From positions 1,240,001 through 1,304,000 of the forward strand of contig MCFH01000003.1 of the NCBI GenBank assembly GCA_002104945.1: a stretch of DNA of 64,000 nt, written 5' to 3'. Each line of letters begins with the position of its first letter. The first letter of the stretch is position 1. A model generated the notes under the pieces. It searched no databases. It was not told the origin of the DNA and saw only the letters and a list, made by a program, of their open reading frames with translations. Source of the stretch: Piromyces finnis finn (Eukaryota; Fungi; Neocallimastigomycota). The position numbers and the translations under genes are program-made. Shown piece by piece: positions 1-12,440 of the stretch.

Positions 1-658
1 CTTCAATAAAACAAGAAAATAATTTAAATATTGATAATTTTAATTTTAATTTTCTTTGTGGTATTAATATATATTAACACTAATATTATAAGTTAAATAA
101 CTATATGTTATTATTATTTTTTAGTATTAATATTAATTTCATATATATTTTAATATTATAATTAATTATATAAATATTTATAAGTATATGAAACATTATC
201 TTGTATATTTTCTTTATTTGATGAAATTATACAGTCAGAGAATATATATCACTTTAAGAAACTCTCACTCTATGAAAATATTCAACAATTGCAGTGTAAG
301 TTTACTTATAAAAAATTTAATAAATTAATATCACACAAATAATCATCCCATTTATATATTTATAGATTTTTTCTCTATTGAACTTAATCAATTTATTAGT
401 GATTATCAAAGAATAATAAAAGAAGAATTTTCAATTTTTTCTTCCAATGAAAAAAATAATTATTCTTTTTATTTTAAATCATATTCTTTTCCATATCAAA
501 ATCTCATCAAATTAAATATGATTCGTATTTTAGAAAGATTTAAAGTAATTCAGAATGATTGGAATGAATCTAATATCTTAAAAACAGAAACAATACAATG
601 TTATAATAATAATAATGATATGATTTCATCACTATCATCATTATCACACTTTAATTAA
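1..658 (+). CDS. 3' end of an unknown intron-containing gene, running in from outside the window
   Basis: Hand-spliced exons at about 1-60, 185-295 and 366-658 join in frame through GT..AG introns (donor gtaag at 296, acceptor tatag at 365). They give ...FFSIELNQFISDYQRIIKEEF...SSLSHFN* with TAA at 656-658. No family recognised. Confidence 0.4.
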
Positions 659-1047
659 CATATTAATTATTTTTCATTAATTATATAAAAAATAGTTTAT
701 ATTAAATAATACACATATAACACATATACATTAAAAAAAGGAAAATTATATATTTTGTTATTATACATTATAAAATGTATAGTTATATGTTATATATATA
801 TTTTATTTTTAATATTTACTTAATACTTAATAATAAAAGCACCAACATAATTATAAAATTTAAATAATAATATTATATAATATTTCAATAATAGATCTAT
901 ATTAAAAAAATGATAAAATAATTTAAAAAAAAATCTTTTCTTTTTTTTTTTTTTTTTAAAAAAGAAAACTAAATAAATTAATAATCTAAGAATTTCTTTT
1001 TTCCTTTTACAGCTGATTCTTTCAGATTTTTACTTTTAATACTTTTT

Positions 1048-3600
1048 TTATCTTTTTTTTCCTTGATCTAAGAAATTAAATAAATCTAAAGATTGTCCAA
1101 TTGAAATATTTAACTTTTTCAGTTCATCAATTTCATTATTAAATTGATCTTCTTTTGAAATAATATCATCATCCCAGAGTTCCTCCTTCTGCACCATCAT
1201 TTCTACTAAATTCCACTCAAAGTGTGTAAATCTATCATTAATCAAATATCTTGATATATATTTTCGAACTGCGTTTTTTAATTGTTTTTTTCTAACTAAT
1301 AAGTTCTTTTTATTAAAGTATTTGTTTAATTCTTTTTTTTGAGATGTATTCAATTTATTATGAGCATTTCCTGTTTCTTTTTTTTCACCCTTTTTATTAT
1401 AAGAATATACCATTTGAGGAACCTTATTTAATATTTTATTAGTATATTTCAACTCAATACATTCGTAAATATCTATTAATTGATTTAATTTTGGTTTAAA
1501 TGAAAGCTTATGGAATAAATTAATGAATTCTGTATCTAACTCAAAGTATTCTTGTGGTATTTTTTTTATTTCATCTATTAAAGTTTCTTTACCACAAATG
1601 TTTTTATTGTAATAGAAATAGAGGAATAATATTTGTATATTGGATAATATTATATTGTAATTAATTTTACCAGTTTCTTTAAATAGGATTTCTTTTTCTT
1701 CTGATTGTAATGTTTCAATACTTTGTATTTTTTCTTTAAAATTATAAATGATAGATTCATTATTATTAAAGCTTTCATTCTTGAATGAAATATATTCTAA
1801 ATTTTCCTTTTTATCAAAAAGTCTTTTTCCTGGAAGAATTAATTTTGCTAATTCAGCTTCAATAGTATCAAAATCATATTTAGGATCTTTATTTAGTGAA
1901 AATGATATATTTCCATTCTTAATAATATAATCTCTGTTGATACTAGAATAAATTAAATCATCAAAAGAGTCATATAAAGAACTTTCAATTTCTAAAGAAA
2001 CAGTTTCATGCAAATTTGCCTTTTGAACACTAATTACATTTTTAATTTGATTAGAAAAAACAAACAGATACTCATTATTTTCATCTGGTTTTTCTCTAAT
2101 TAATGGTTTTAAGAATTCATTTTGGACTGTAATAATAGAATTGTATAGAGTAGCAATATATTTACCATAATCATCTTCATGGATATCATTCAAATAATAA
2201 GCTAAACAATCTTGTTCTTCATTGATTTTTTTTGGTTTTAACTGGTCAACACAATCAAATTGAGAAAATTTGTCGTAAAGTTCATTCCATGAAATTTTAA
2301 ATTTTTTGAATAAGATTTTCATTTTTTCATCATTTATTAATTCATCTTTTATTTTTATCTCTTTGGCTTCCTCCCTTGACAATTTATAATTATATTTATG
2401 ATGTGTGTAATTAATAAATGAATTTATACTTTCAATATGTTCTAAAAATATAGTATTATCATTCTCATATTTATAATTCATATAGCTAGTTATCATTGGA
2501 TATTTATCTTTACGATTATTAATTTTTTCAAATTGGGAAAAGAACATTTCGTATGAAGGATAGTTGATAATATTAAAGTAAGAAATTAATGGATATAACT
2601 TTGATGATAATTTATCTGTATCACAGGTTTCTTCAATTATAGATTTTAAATGATCATTTTTAATTTCTTTATTATTTTCAGAGTATTGTATATTATTGTT
2701 TTCATAATTTTCGATTGCATTATCAATAATACAATTTATTTTTTCCATTATAATTACATGTAACATTAGCTGTATTAGAGAATTCTGTTATATCATCATT
2801 AATTTTACTTTCACATTCAGTTATATAATTATAATTATAATAATACCATTTATTATATTCAGTCTCATCCTCAAAATCATAAATTTTTCATTTAATTTAT
2901 CATTTACTTGACCATCTTTAATATAACTAGTTTCTGTAACTTCTCTATCAATCTCAGTTATATACAGCTCAATATTTTGATTACCTTCTACTCTGTTATC
3001 TAGACTTTTAATTGTACTATCAATATATTTATCTAAAGAATTAAATCCTGAATCATTACTAATTTCCATGTAATTATTTTCTTTGACATTATTTTCTTCT
3101 TTTATACCTTCACCTTCTTCATTAAAATTATTTTCTTCTTTAACATTATCTTCTTTTCTTATATTATCGTCTTGAACATTATGTATTTGATTATTGTCTT
3201 GATAATTTAAATCTTTATTAAAAGTTACTCTATCAACGACAGTTTCTTTATTATCTATAGCCATTTCATCTTCGCAATTTGAAATGCTAACTGGATTTTC
3301 CCTTTTTTCATAAGCAACTATAATTGTTTTATCATAAATACCAGTATCTATGAGTATTCTTGAACCTGAAAATGTATTTATTTCTTTATCAGTATTCCTC
3401 GAATCAATAATAATTGAATTAGTTTCTGAATTCTTTAATTTTTCATTCTTATCCTTATTTGTAATTATAGGAACATTTGAGTTCTTATCATTTACAATTG
3501 GTTTTGAACGATCATAATCAGAAGAAGTCCCATTTATCTGGTTATCTTCTAAATCTTTTGTATAAATATTTATACCTTCATTATTTGAAGGTGAATCCAT
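1048..3600 (-). CDS. Protein resembling the C-terminal region of RNF213/mysterin-like giant AAA+ E3 ligases, behind an acidic/Asn-rich N-terminus (possibly a pseudogene)
   Basis: The 572-aa ORF 1048-2766 has motifs I associate with RNF213-like C-termini (VQNEFL, YDFDTIEAELAKLILPGKRLF, AVRKYISRYL, EELWDDDI, IGQSLDLFNFL). The 259-aa ORF 2821-3600 can join it through a phase-0 GT..AG intron at 2907-2770, or the junction is frameshifted. No Walker A/B motifs seen. Confidence 0.45.
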
Positions 3601-4824
3601 TTTTTTAATATATATATATATAATTTAAATGTATAAAACTATGTTATAATTTAATTATAATTGATTAAAAAAAAAAAAAAAAAAAAAGAAAAGAAAAAAA
3701 TCATTTTTTTAAGATTTTAAATACTTTTTTTTTTTTTTTAAATTCTCGATATATTTTTAATTAAAAAAAATTAATTAAATTTTAATTAACATATTTTTAA
3801 CTTTAAAAAGTTTAATATTATCATGATAAAAAAGGTGTATTTAAAAAAATTCTGTTTAAATATTTCAAATAGTTAATATATAAGAAAATAGAAATGTAAA
3901 CTATCTCCTAATTACCAATAATACCTTTTTAAAATAAAGTTCGTTGAATTAAGAATTAAAATAGATAGATTATTGTATATATTTAAGTTTTAAATACCAA
4001 TATTTAATAATTTATTTATTCATTAACAGTAATAAAATTTTTAAGCTTTCATCATTAAATTAAAAAAACTGGACATTTTGAGATTGAATACATCATATCT
4101 CTTCATATTTCTTTATTTATACATATTAAAATATCTGTAATACTAATTTTAAAATATAATAATAATAAATTGAAGTTTATTTTGCTTATATGAAAATTGT
4201 AAATTATATATTTTTTTTTAATGAACTACAATTTAATTTTTATTTAACTACATCTAAATTGCTATAGTTATTATGTAGAAAAAAGATATCCTTCCTTCAG
4301 TGTCCTAATTATATTTATAAATACATAAAATGACATTATTTTATTAGAATTAAACCTAAATAATTAGTATATTTATTATAACAGTAACTGTATATATTTA
4401 AAGTTTTTTTTTTTTTTTTGGATTTATTTTTGTCTTTATTTTACAAAATACTCTACTATTAATATTTAATTTGATTATGGAAAAAAAAATATAAATATTA
4501 CACTCAAAAAATTATGTTTAATTTCTAATAATGTTCTAATGCTTTACATAATTTTTATAATTTGAAATTAATGAAAAAAAAAAAAAAAAAAATAAGTAGC
4601 AATACATATACATATAGAAGAATAAAAATAAATAAAAAAAAAAAAAAGAATTATATATTTTAGCATTATATATGTGTAAAATAAATAAATAAATAAATAA
4701 TAAAAGATTGGAAAAGAAAATATTTAATTTCTTTATTAAAAATTTAACTTTAAAAAAAGAGATATTTGATGAATAAAAAAAAATATATAAATAAATTCTA
4801 ATAACTTAATTGAAATATGTATAG

Positions 4825-4857
<33 letters not shown>

Positions 4858-4905
4858 AAATAATGATTTGGGGATAATGATATTTGAAAAGTAAGATGAT
4901 AAATT

Positions 4906-7900
4906 TTAAAGTTGATTTAATTTCTTAATATTATTATTATAATTTTTTACAATAATTTTTAATTTATTAAGTACTGATGTTGCTTTACGTTTAATTTCAG
5001 GGGTGCAACTATAATCTTTGCAATAGTTTACGATAGGAATAAATCTCAAGATATATTTTATATGATAAAGGAAAGTTAATGAATCTGGATTAATATTCAT
5101 CATTATACTATTATCAATTGGTGTAAGAGCATTAAGATTAAGATGACTTTGAAGACTATTTCGTTTATAATTTGAATCATGTACTTTACTATGAAGATTA
5201 TTATCACTGCCAGAATTATTATTATTATTATTTAAATTATTTTCATTCATTAATGGTGGAAGAGATAAATATTGGTTTCTATCAATAGAAGAATGACGAC
5301 TATCAGAACCAGCTGATTTTATTGGTGACGATAAATTTCCATGTTTTTCATCAATTGAAGATGGTGAAAAGTGGTTTATAAGAGTTTCATCTGGTGAAAC
5401 TAAATTTAATTTAGTATTATTACTTTCATTTTGTGGGGAAATAGAATGTGGTTTTATATCTTTTTCACCTTCTTGTGATGAAGATAAGATAGGTATATTT
5501 AAATTAGAACTTCCAGATAGGAATGATGAAGTTCTATTACTTGAAGTATTCGGACCTTGCTCTTGTGGCATTAAAGCTTGAATAGTATTAAGATTAAAAT
5601 TAATTGTATCAGAATGGGTTGTTAAATCATTTATTGATTTTTTTGAATAGATATTTGAAACAATTCTTAGGGTTTGACGTTGAATAGCTTCATCATTCAA
5701 ACTTAATAAACTATACAACGCAGAAATAATATGAGGTTGCTTTGTAGTACACAATGAAAATAACATTTCAATATTATTTTCTACATAAAATATACAATAT
5801 ATAATTTATACAATATATAAAATATAAAATAATATTAAATATACATTAATAAATGTAGGTGATTAAATAAAAATAAAATTATTTATTCCATATATATATT
5901 CCATATATATATAAATTATTTATTATAAAATAAAAATTTATGATCATTGGATAGTTACGATTTAGAGCAATATTTCCAAGAGCTCTGGAAGCATGTCGAG
6001 CAATATCAAGACTAGTTGAAAGCTTTACAATAGAAGCTTGTTTATTTTGTAAGGAATTGGTAATTAACTTAACATGATTTTCAATGAGAAGACATAAAAC
6101 ATAAATAATTTGTTCATTTTCCATAATTAATTCTTCACATTCCGTTTGACAAACTAAATTAGCAAGGGTACAAACAATGTGAGATATTACAGTATAATAG
6201 GAACCAATATCATGAACAAGATTATATGCAGAGCTATGATTTTGATGCTCGTTTAAAAAACTATTTAAAATATTGGTAGTAAATAATATTTCAGGTTGGA
6301 ATTTTAATTTTTTTATCATTTCAGCATTTAATATTTCAACGCCTAATTTATCTTTTCCATCTGATGATGGTGAAACATTTAAAAAAGAATTTTTTGAAGG
6401 TAATGATTCTGGTGAATTTGGTAAATCTGGATCATACTTACTGGAAATAGATAATTTTGAAAGAGGAGAAGTAGGTAAATCAGAATCAAAATTACTAGAG
6501 ATGGATAATCTAGAAAGTGGTGATGTTGGTGTAGTTCTATAATGTGAAGAATTCAATCCTTTTGTTAAATTACTAACAATAGCAGTTTTAGGGGTTAAAT
6601 TAAGTTGTTTTTTAATGATTGGAGGTGAATTTGGTGTTGATGTTGATGAGGTAGAACGATGTCTTGCATGTTTCATCACTGTATTACTAGATTTTAAACT
6701 ATGACTAAGAGGACTTGATTTATAAATAGTACTACTTCTTTTAGGACTGTAGGAATGACTAAGATATGAACCATGTTCTTCCTTAGTTTCAGTTTCTTTA
6801 AGGTATTCAGTATAACAACAATTACAAAAATTATTTAATATATCTGGAAAGATTTCCGGGTCTACTATAATGCACTTTACTAAAATATTAACATGTTCTT
6901 TTATTTGTTTTTCATCACTACCCTTTAAAATTAATACTTTATATTGATCTTTTTTTAAATGTATATATAAAATATAATAAATTTATTATTAAGTCATAAA
7001 AAAAAAATTTTTTTTTTGTTTTAAATTATATATATTTTATTTATATAGCATAATCAACTAATCAATAAAATAATATATATATAAATGCTTACCATTTCTC
7101 AAGGACAAATAAGCTAAACTTTTTGCAAGATACTTTTTTGATTCATCATTATTAGAAGTTAAACCCTTATAAAATAAATCAAATACTTCTGGATTTTTGA
7201 AAATAACATATTGATTTTCTTTCTTTTTACAAAATTCGGAAAGTGTTTTTGATATAATTTTTTCGATTATCCATACTATATTCAAATACTGTTCATTGTC
7301 ATCATTTTCATTATGAATTTTTTCACGAATTAGTTTTAAGTAACTGAAATTTAATAAAACTTTAATTATTTGAAGTTCGTGTCCCTCTATTATTTTTGTG
7401 TTTTCTATTTAATGATTTTATTAATAATAAAACTATTAATATAAAATTTTATATATAAACATTGTAAATGTAAAATAGAAATATATATATTATTAGAAAT
7501 ATTATATTAACCATTTATTAAAGTATGCATTAAAAACACTACTAAATTTTGAAATAGAAATAGTAAATATTGTGTTTCTATTGTTATTTTATTGATGTTT
7601 TCCATATACAAATTTGTAAGTCTTATAAAAATTTCTAATAACTCTTCACTATTTTTATCTGATAATTCTAAATATTTTATATACACAAATGTATATAGAT
7701 AATATATAAAATATATAAATGTTAGTATAAATTTGTTTTTTTTTTAATAGTTATTTGTATATTATTATATTTATTATATTAGTTTTTAAACAAGAAACTA
7801 TTATATTATTATATTTATTATATTAGTTTTTAAACAAGAAACTTTTATATTTATATACCAAATTTAGTTATGTGATTTAATATGATTCCTAAAAATAAAT

Positions 7901-8822
7901 GACAAAAAGCCGGATGATTTAATGTACAAAAGTAGTTTAGTATATTTATCCCACCATAATTTATAAAGTGCTGAATTGTATGTTCTATATCAAAATATAT
8001 TGTATATGTTGGCAAAGTGTTGGCAATATATAAATTTTTTGACAAATTAATGATTATTAATATAAATCTATATATTAATTCTTAATTTTTTAAATTATTA
8101 ACATACCATCACCCTTAAGAATAATATTTAATAAATCATATTCACAATTTAATTTTAAAACAACTGAACTATTTTTGTTAAGACATTTATTAATTAGTTC
8201 AACTAATTTTAAACAATGTTTACAAACACGGACATATCCTTGGTATCCTAAAAAAGGAAGTGTTGTTGTATTTGGCGAACAATTTTGACAAAAAATATTA
8301 CCACTATTTATTTTTATTTTTTTAAAAAAATAATAATAATAAATAATAATAATAATAAATATTTATATGAATATTTTAATACTTTTTAAATATTTATATA
8401 TTATTTTAATAATTGCTTACCAATTTCTGTAATTATTTATATATCAAAAATTTGCCAGTTAAATTAATAAAATAATAATATTATTAATAATTAATTTTTT
8501 ATTTATATTAATATATAAAAAAACTTTAATTTTAATATTGTATACCTGCAGTGATGCTATTATGCAATAATGTTAAAGTAATTAATTGTAATAATTTAAA
8601 AAAAAAAAATATTTTATGTTAATTATATGACTACAGTATAATTAATTTTATATTAGCATTATTTTATACCTTTCTTCTAAATGGTGAAAAATATTGTTTA
8701 CAACCTTGACATATAGTAACTGTATCATCTGATATCCAAGTTGGCCTTTTTATTCTTAGTTTTATGTTACTTTCTTCAATAACATTTTTAAAACCTTTAC
8801 TATTATTATTCACCTTTGTCAT
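4906..8822 (-). CDS. N-terminal FYVE zinc finger plus ARM/HEAT-like helical repeat protein
   Basis: ATG at 8822. Spliced FYVE: [37 protein letters not shown]...VRVCKHC. Downstream exons (8080-7860, 7667-7512, 7403-7091, 6955-5956, 5780-4906, approximate) join in frame and carry ARM-like segments (RHASRALGNIALN, IQRQTLRIVSNI, IKRKATSVLNKL). Confidence 0.85.
7758..7843. repeat. About 44-bp tandem duplication inside an intron of the FYVE gene
   Basis: tattattatatttattatattagtttttaaacaagaaact occurs twice in succession. Confidence 0.8.
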
Positions 8823-11695
8823 TTCTTTTTTATATAACTTTTTTTTTTTTTTACTTATTTTATATTAATAAAAATATTTATTGAAATTTGAATTTCTGGT
8901 AATTTTTATTCAAATTAATTATTATAATATGGAATAAAACAATACGAATTTACTAGTTATTTTATTAATTTAATTAATATTTTCTTTTTCTCTCTTTTTT
9001 TTTTTAAGAAAAAAAGAAAATATTAAATTTTGATTTAATATTTTAATTTTAATTTGTTAATATCCTTTTACTTAAATATTAGTTTAAATAAGACAGTATA
9101 TTAGTCAATTTTCTTTTTACTATCACTTTTTTTTCTTAAATAATTATTAAAATTATTATTATTATTATTTTTTTTTAAAAAAAAAAAGAAGAGAGAATAA
9201 TTATATATTTCTTATTTTTTTTTTTTCTTTTAGAAAATGCAATTAAATTTGAAAATATACTTTTTATAAAGTTATATATTATTTTATTCCTTAAAAGTTT
9301 GACTGACTTGCTTTATTAATTTTTATTAGAAATGAAATATGCTATTGAGCTATTATCTTATTAATCCTCATAAATAATTATAATTGTTATATTTGTATTG
9401 TTTTTGTGTAATGAAATAAGAAAAAATAGCTTCTCTTTTATATTTATAGAATTATGGTATGCGTAATGAATAATTATTTATAGCAAGGTACAGAAAATAA
9501 TTAATTGATTTTACTGCTATATTGCTATAAATATTTTTAATGAAAAAAGAAAAGTAACTTTGATAATTAGATAAAACCACTACTTCTTTAATAATTATTT
9601 GTTTCTAAGTACCTTCAATATTAACAAATATATAAAATTAAAAATAAGATAAAAAGTAAAAAAAAAAAAAAGCAGGTCTAAAAAAAAAAAAAATACCAAT
9701 GTTTTTACTTTATAATAAGAATTATTAAAAGTTTAATTTATATTAAAAAAAAATCATGATCATTATAGAATTGTTTATCAATTTTATTATATATATATAA
9801 TACTAAAAATATTAATAAAATAATTGTAAAAAAAAAAAAATAATTAATTATAAAAAAGAAAAGACCATTAATTATATATAAAAAAGCAATTTATATGTTA
9901 CTATTTTTATATACGTTTTTTATTATTTGACTCAACGATTTGGTGTAAATCATTAAGCAAGTTACTTCTAACGTATAAAATACATTTAAATGATAAATTA
10001 CAGTTATAGTGTTATGATAAATCATTATTCAAATAAATGATTAAAGCATGCCATCATAAACTGAGGAGAAAAAAAAAAAAACATCACACTTTTTAATTAT
10101 TATTTAAGAATACATATTACGAAAATGAAATCATATGATAGTAATAATGAAGAGAAATAGGAATGATGAAGTGAAAAATAGTAGTGGTAGTAAAAATTGT
10201 TACATGAAAAAAAAAAAAAACTACAAAATTGAATAGAAGATAATAATTATTAATAAGAATAAAAAGTGATGATGGTTGATTTAATTAAAAAAATATTGTT
10301 TTTTTTTTTTTTGCTTTTTATTATCTTGTATATGAAATAAAAATCTAAAAAAAAAAAAGGTAATAGTAGATTTGAAACTAGTTTTATTTTCATTTAATAG
10401 TTAATATTGATGAACGCTTTTAAAAGTATAAACGTTAATAGCATAATAATACTATATAATATTATATAACAAAAAATACTAGCAAAATATGAGTATAATA
10501 ACATAATAGCAAATCTTCCTACTTTGGTGGTGATGTTGGTTTGGTGTGTGTGTTACTTTTTCATTCTCTTTTTTTATATTATTATTTTCATTCATTATAT
10601 TGTAATATATTTATATAATATATTAAAATTAATATATTTTATTTAAATTATGAATTTAAATATATTTTAATATATTACTATTATATATGAACAAATAAGA
10701 TTTTAATTATGTGTGACAGTAAATATAATAATTTTAGGGATTATAATATATTAGAATATATTGGCACATATATTAGTTATTGGTTATTATTTCATTTATT
10801 AATTAAAAATGTGATAAAACAACATGAATTTTGTGTAACGTTTTAAAGTGGATTAATTTATATATTAGAATGAATTATTTAATATATTATAATATATAGT
10901 TTAATATAAATTTTAATTAACCTTTAATAAGTCATAATGAAAAGATAAGATACCACGAAATATTTTAACATTATCAAAAAAGCAATAAAAAGGTAAAAGG
11001 AAGGTTGTGAAAAGAGTATTGGAACAGTTTTTACTTAGTAATGATCAATTAGTCCAGAACAAGTTTTCATGATATTTGATATTTTAGTTTTATATTTATT
11101 GAGTAGTCATGTCTTTTGTAATCTACCTACTTATATATAAAATAATAAGATGTGTATTTCATAGGGTTATAAAAAATATATAAAATGATAAAATATTAAA
11201 AAATATTTTTTCTAATACATGATTTATTAATTAAATCGTTGTTAGTTATTAAGTGTAAATATTTAATAATAAACCAACAAAATTAGGGAAAAGTTAATAT
11301 TCTGGTAAAAAAAACCTGGTTTATATTTCATTTTAATATGATAAAATTATATACAAAAAAAATTTATATATTTAATAACACTTTTAAAATATAAAAAAAG
11401 ATTTCCAGAAATATGTTAATCTTTAACAACAATAACATAATTCTTTCATAGTTATGAAAAAAAAATATATACACATAATTATACTAATTATCCTTTATAA
11501 ATTCAATATTAAAATATATTATTAAAGAAATGTTAATAACAATAGTTTTAATAATAAAAGTTAAATTTAAAGTTGTTTTTATATAAACATTATAAATATA
11601 TTCCTATTTTATTATTTTAGATTTAACATTGCTATTGCTTTTATTTGCATTTTTTTTTAATTCATTTATTTTTTCCTTCATTCACATTTTTCATC

Positions 11696-12030
11696 CAAAT
11701 TAGAACTTAATAAGTGGTGACTTAGGCTATGCCAAAAACACATAATATTCCTTAATCAATTTAAGTGTAAACATTAGGGGGCGGTTGACACGTGATCAAA
11801 TTGACTATAAGAGGCTTAGCATTGTAGTTGTGAAATATCGTACAACAACATGCATCTAATGTACATGGATTAAGTGAGCGTCGAAGCTGAAGAAACAGTA
11901 TGACAGACCAGGAGGGTCACAACCACCTAGCAATAGGAATGAGCCAACGTTTCTCTAAGAACCACCATTGGAGCTAACTCTGATCGATGGGAGAAATGCA
12001 CTCGGAAGTTAAAAAAAAAAAAAAAAAAAA
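11696..12030 (+). mobile_element. Non-LTR retroposon insertion (SINE-like or severely 5'-truncated LINE) with poly(A) tail and target-site duplication
   Basis: Identical ttcacatttttcatc at 11681-11695 and 12031-12045 (16 bp if the adjacent A is counted). A20 at 12011-12030. The body is about 40% GC by hand count against very AT-rich flanks and has no long ORF. Confidence 0.85.
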
Positions 12031-12063
12031 TTCACATTTTTCATCTCTGAACTAATACATCTG

Positions 12064-12306
<243 letters not shown>

Positions 12307-12440
12307 ATTAAATTTAAAATTTTATTTAAAACTTTAAAAAAATTGATTGGCCAATAACAATAAAAATTTACATTTTCCATTTTTTAAAAAAAAAAAAAAA
12401 AATAATATTTTAAAGTTTATAATAAAACAAAGAAAAAAAA

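Noticed and set aside
11696-12010. Ribozyme, SECIS, SRP or HEARO/omega-RNA identity for the retroposon body (CUGAAGA, CUGAUCGA...GAAA, AUGA...UGAU, CAGG...AGCA, GUCAACCGCCCC and AGCCUAAGUC on the minus strand)
   Set aside because: Only short-word matches. Hammerhead stems I/II, twister AAGC loop, HDV P1, SECIS helix II and SRP helix-8 spacing could not be built, and the HEARO-like words fall on inconsistent strands. A cmscan run is needed to settle it.
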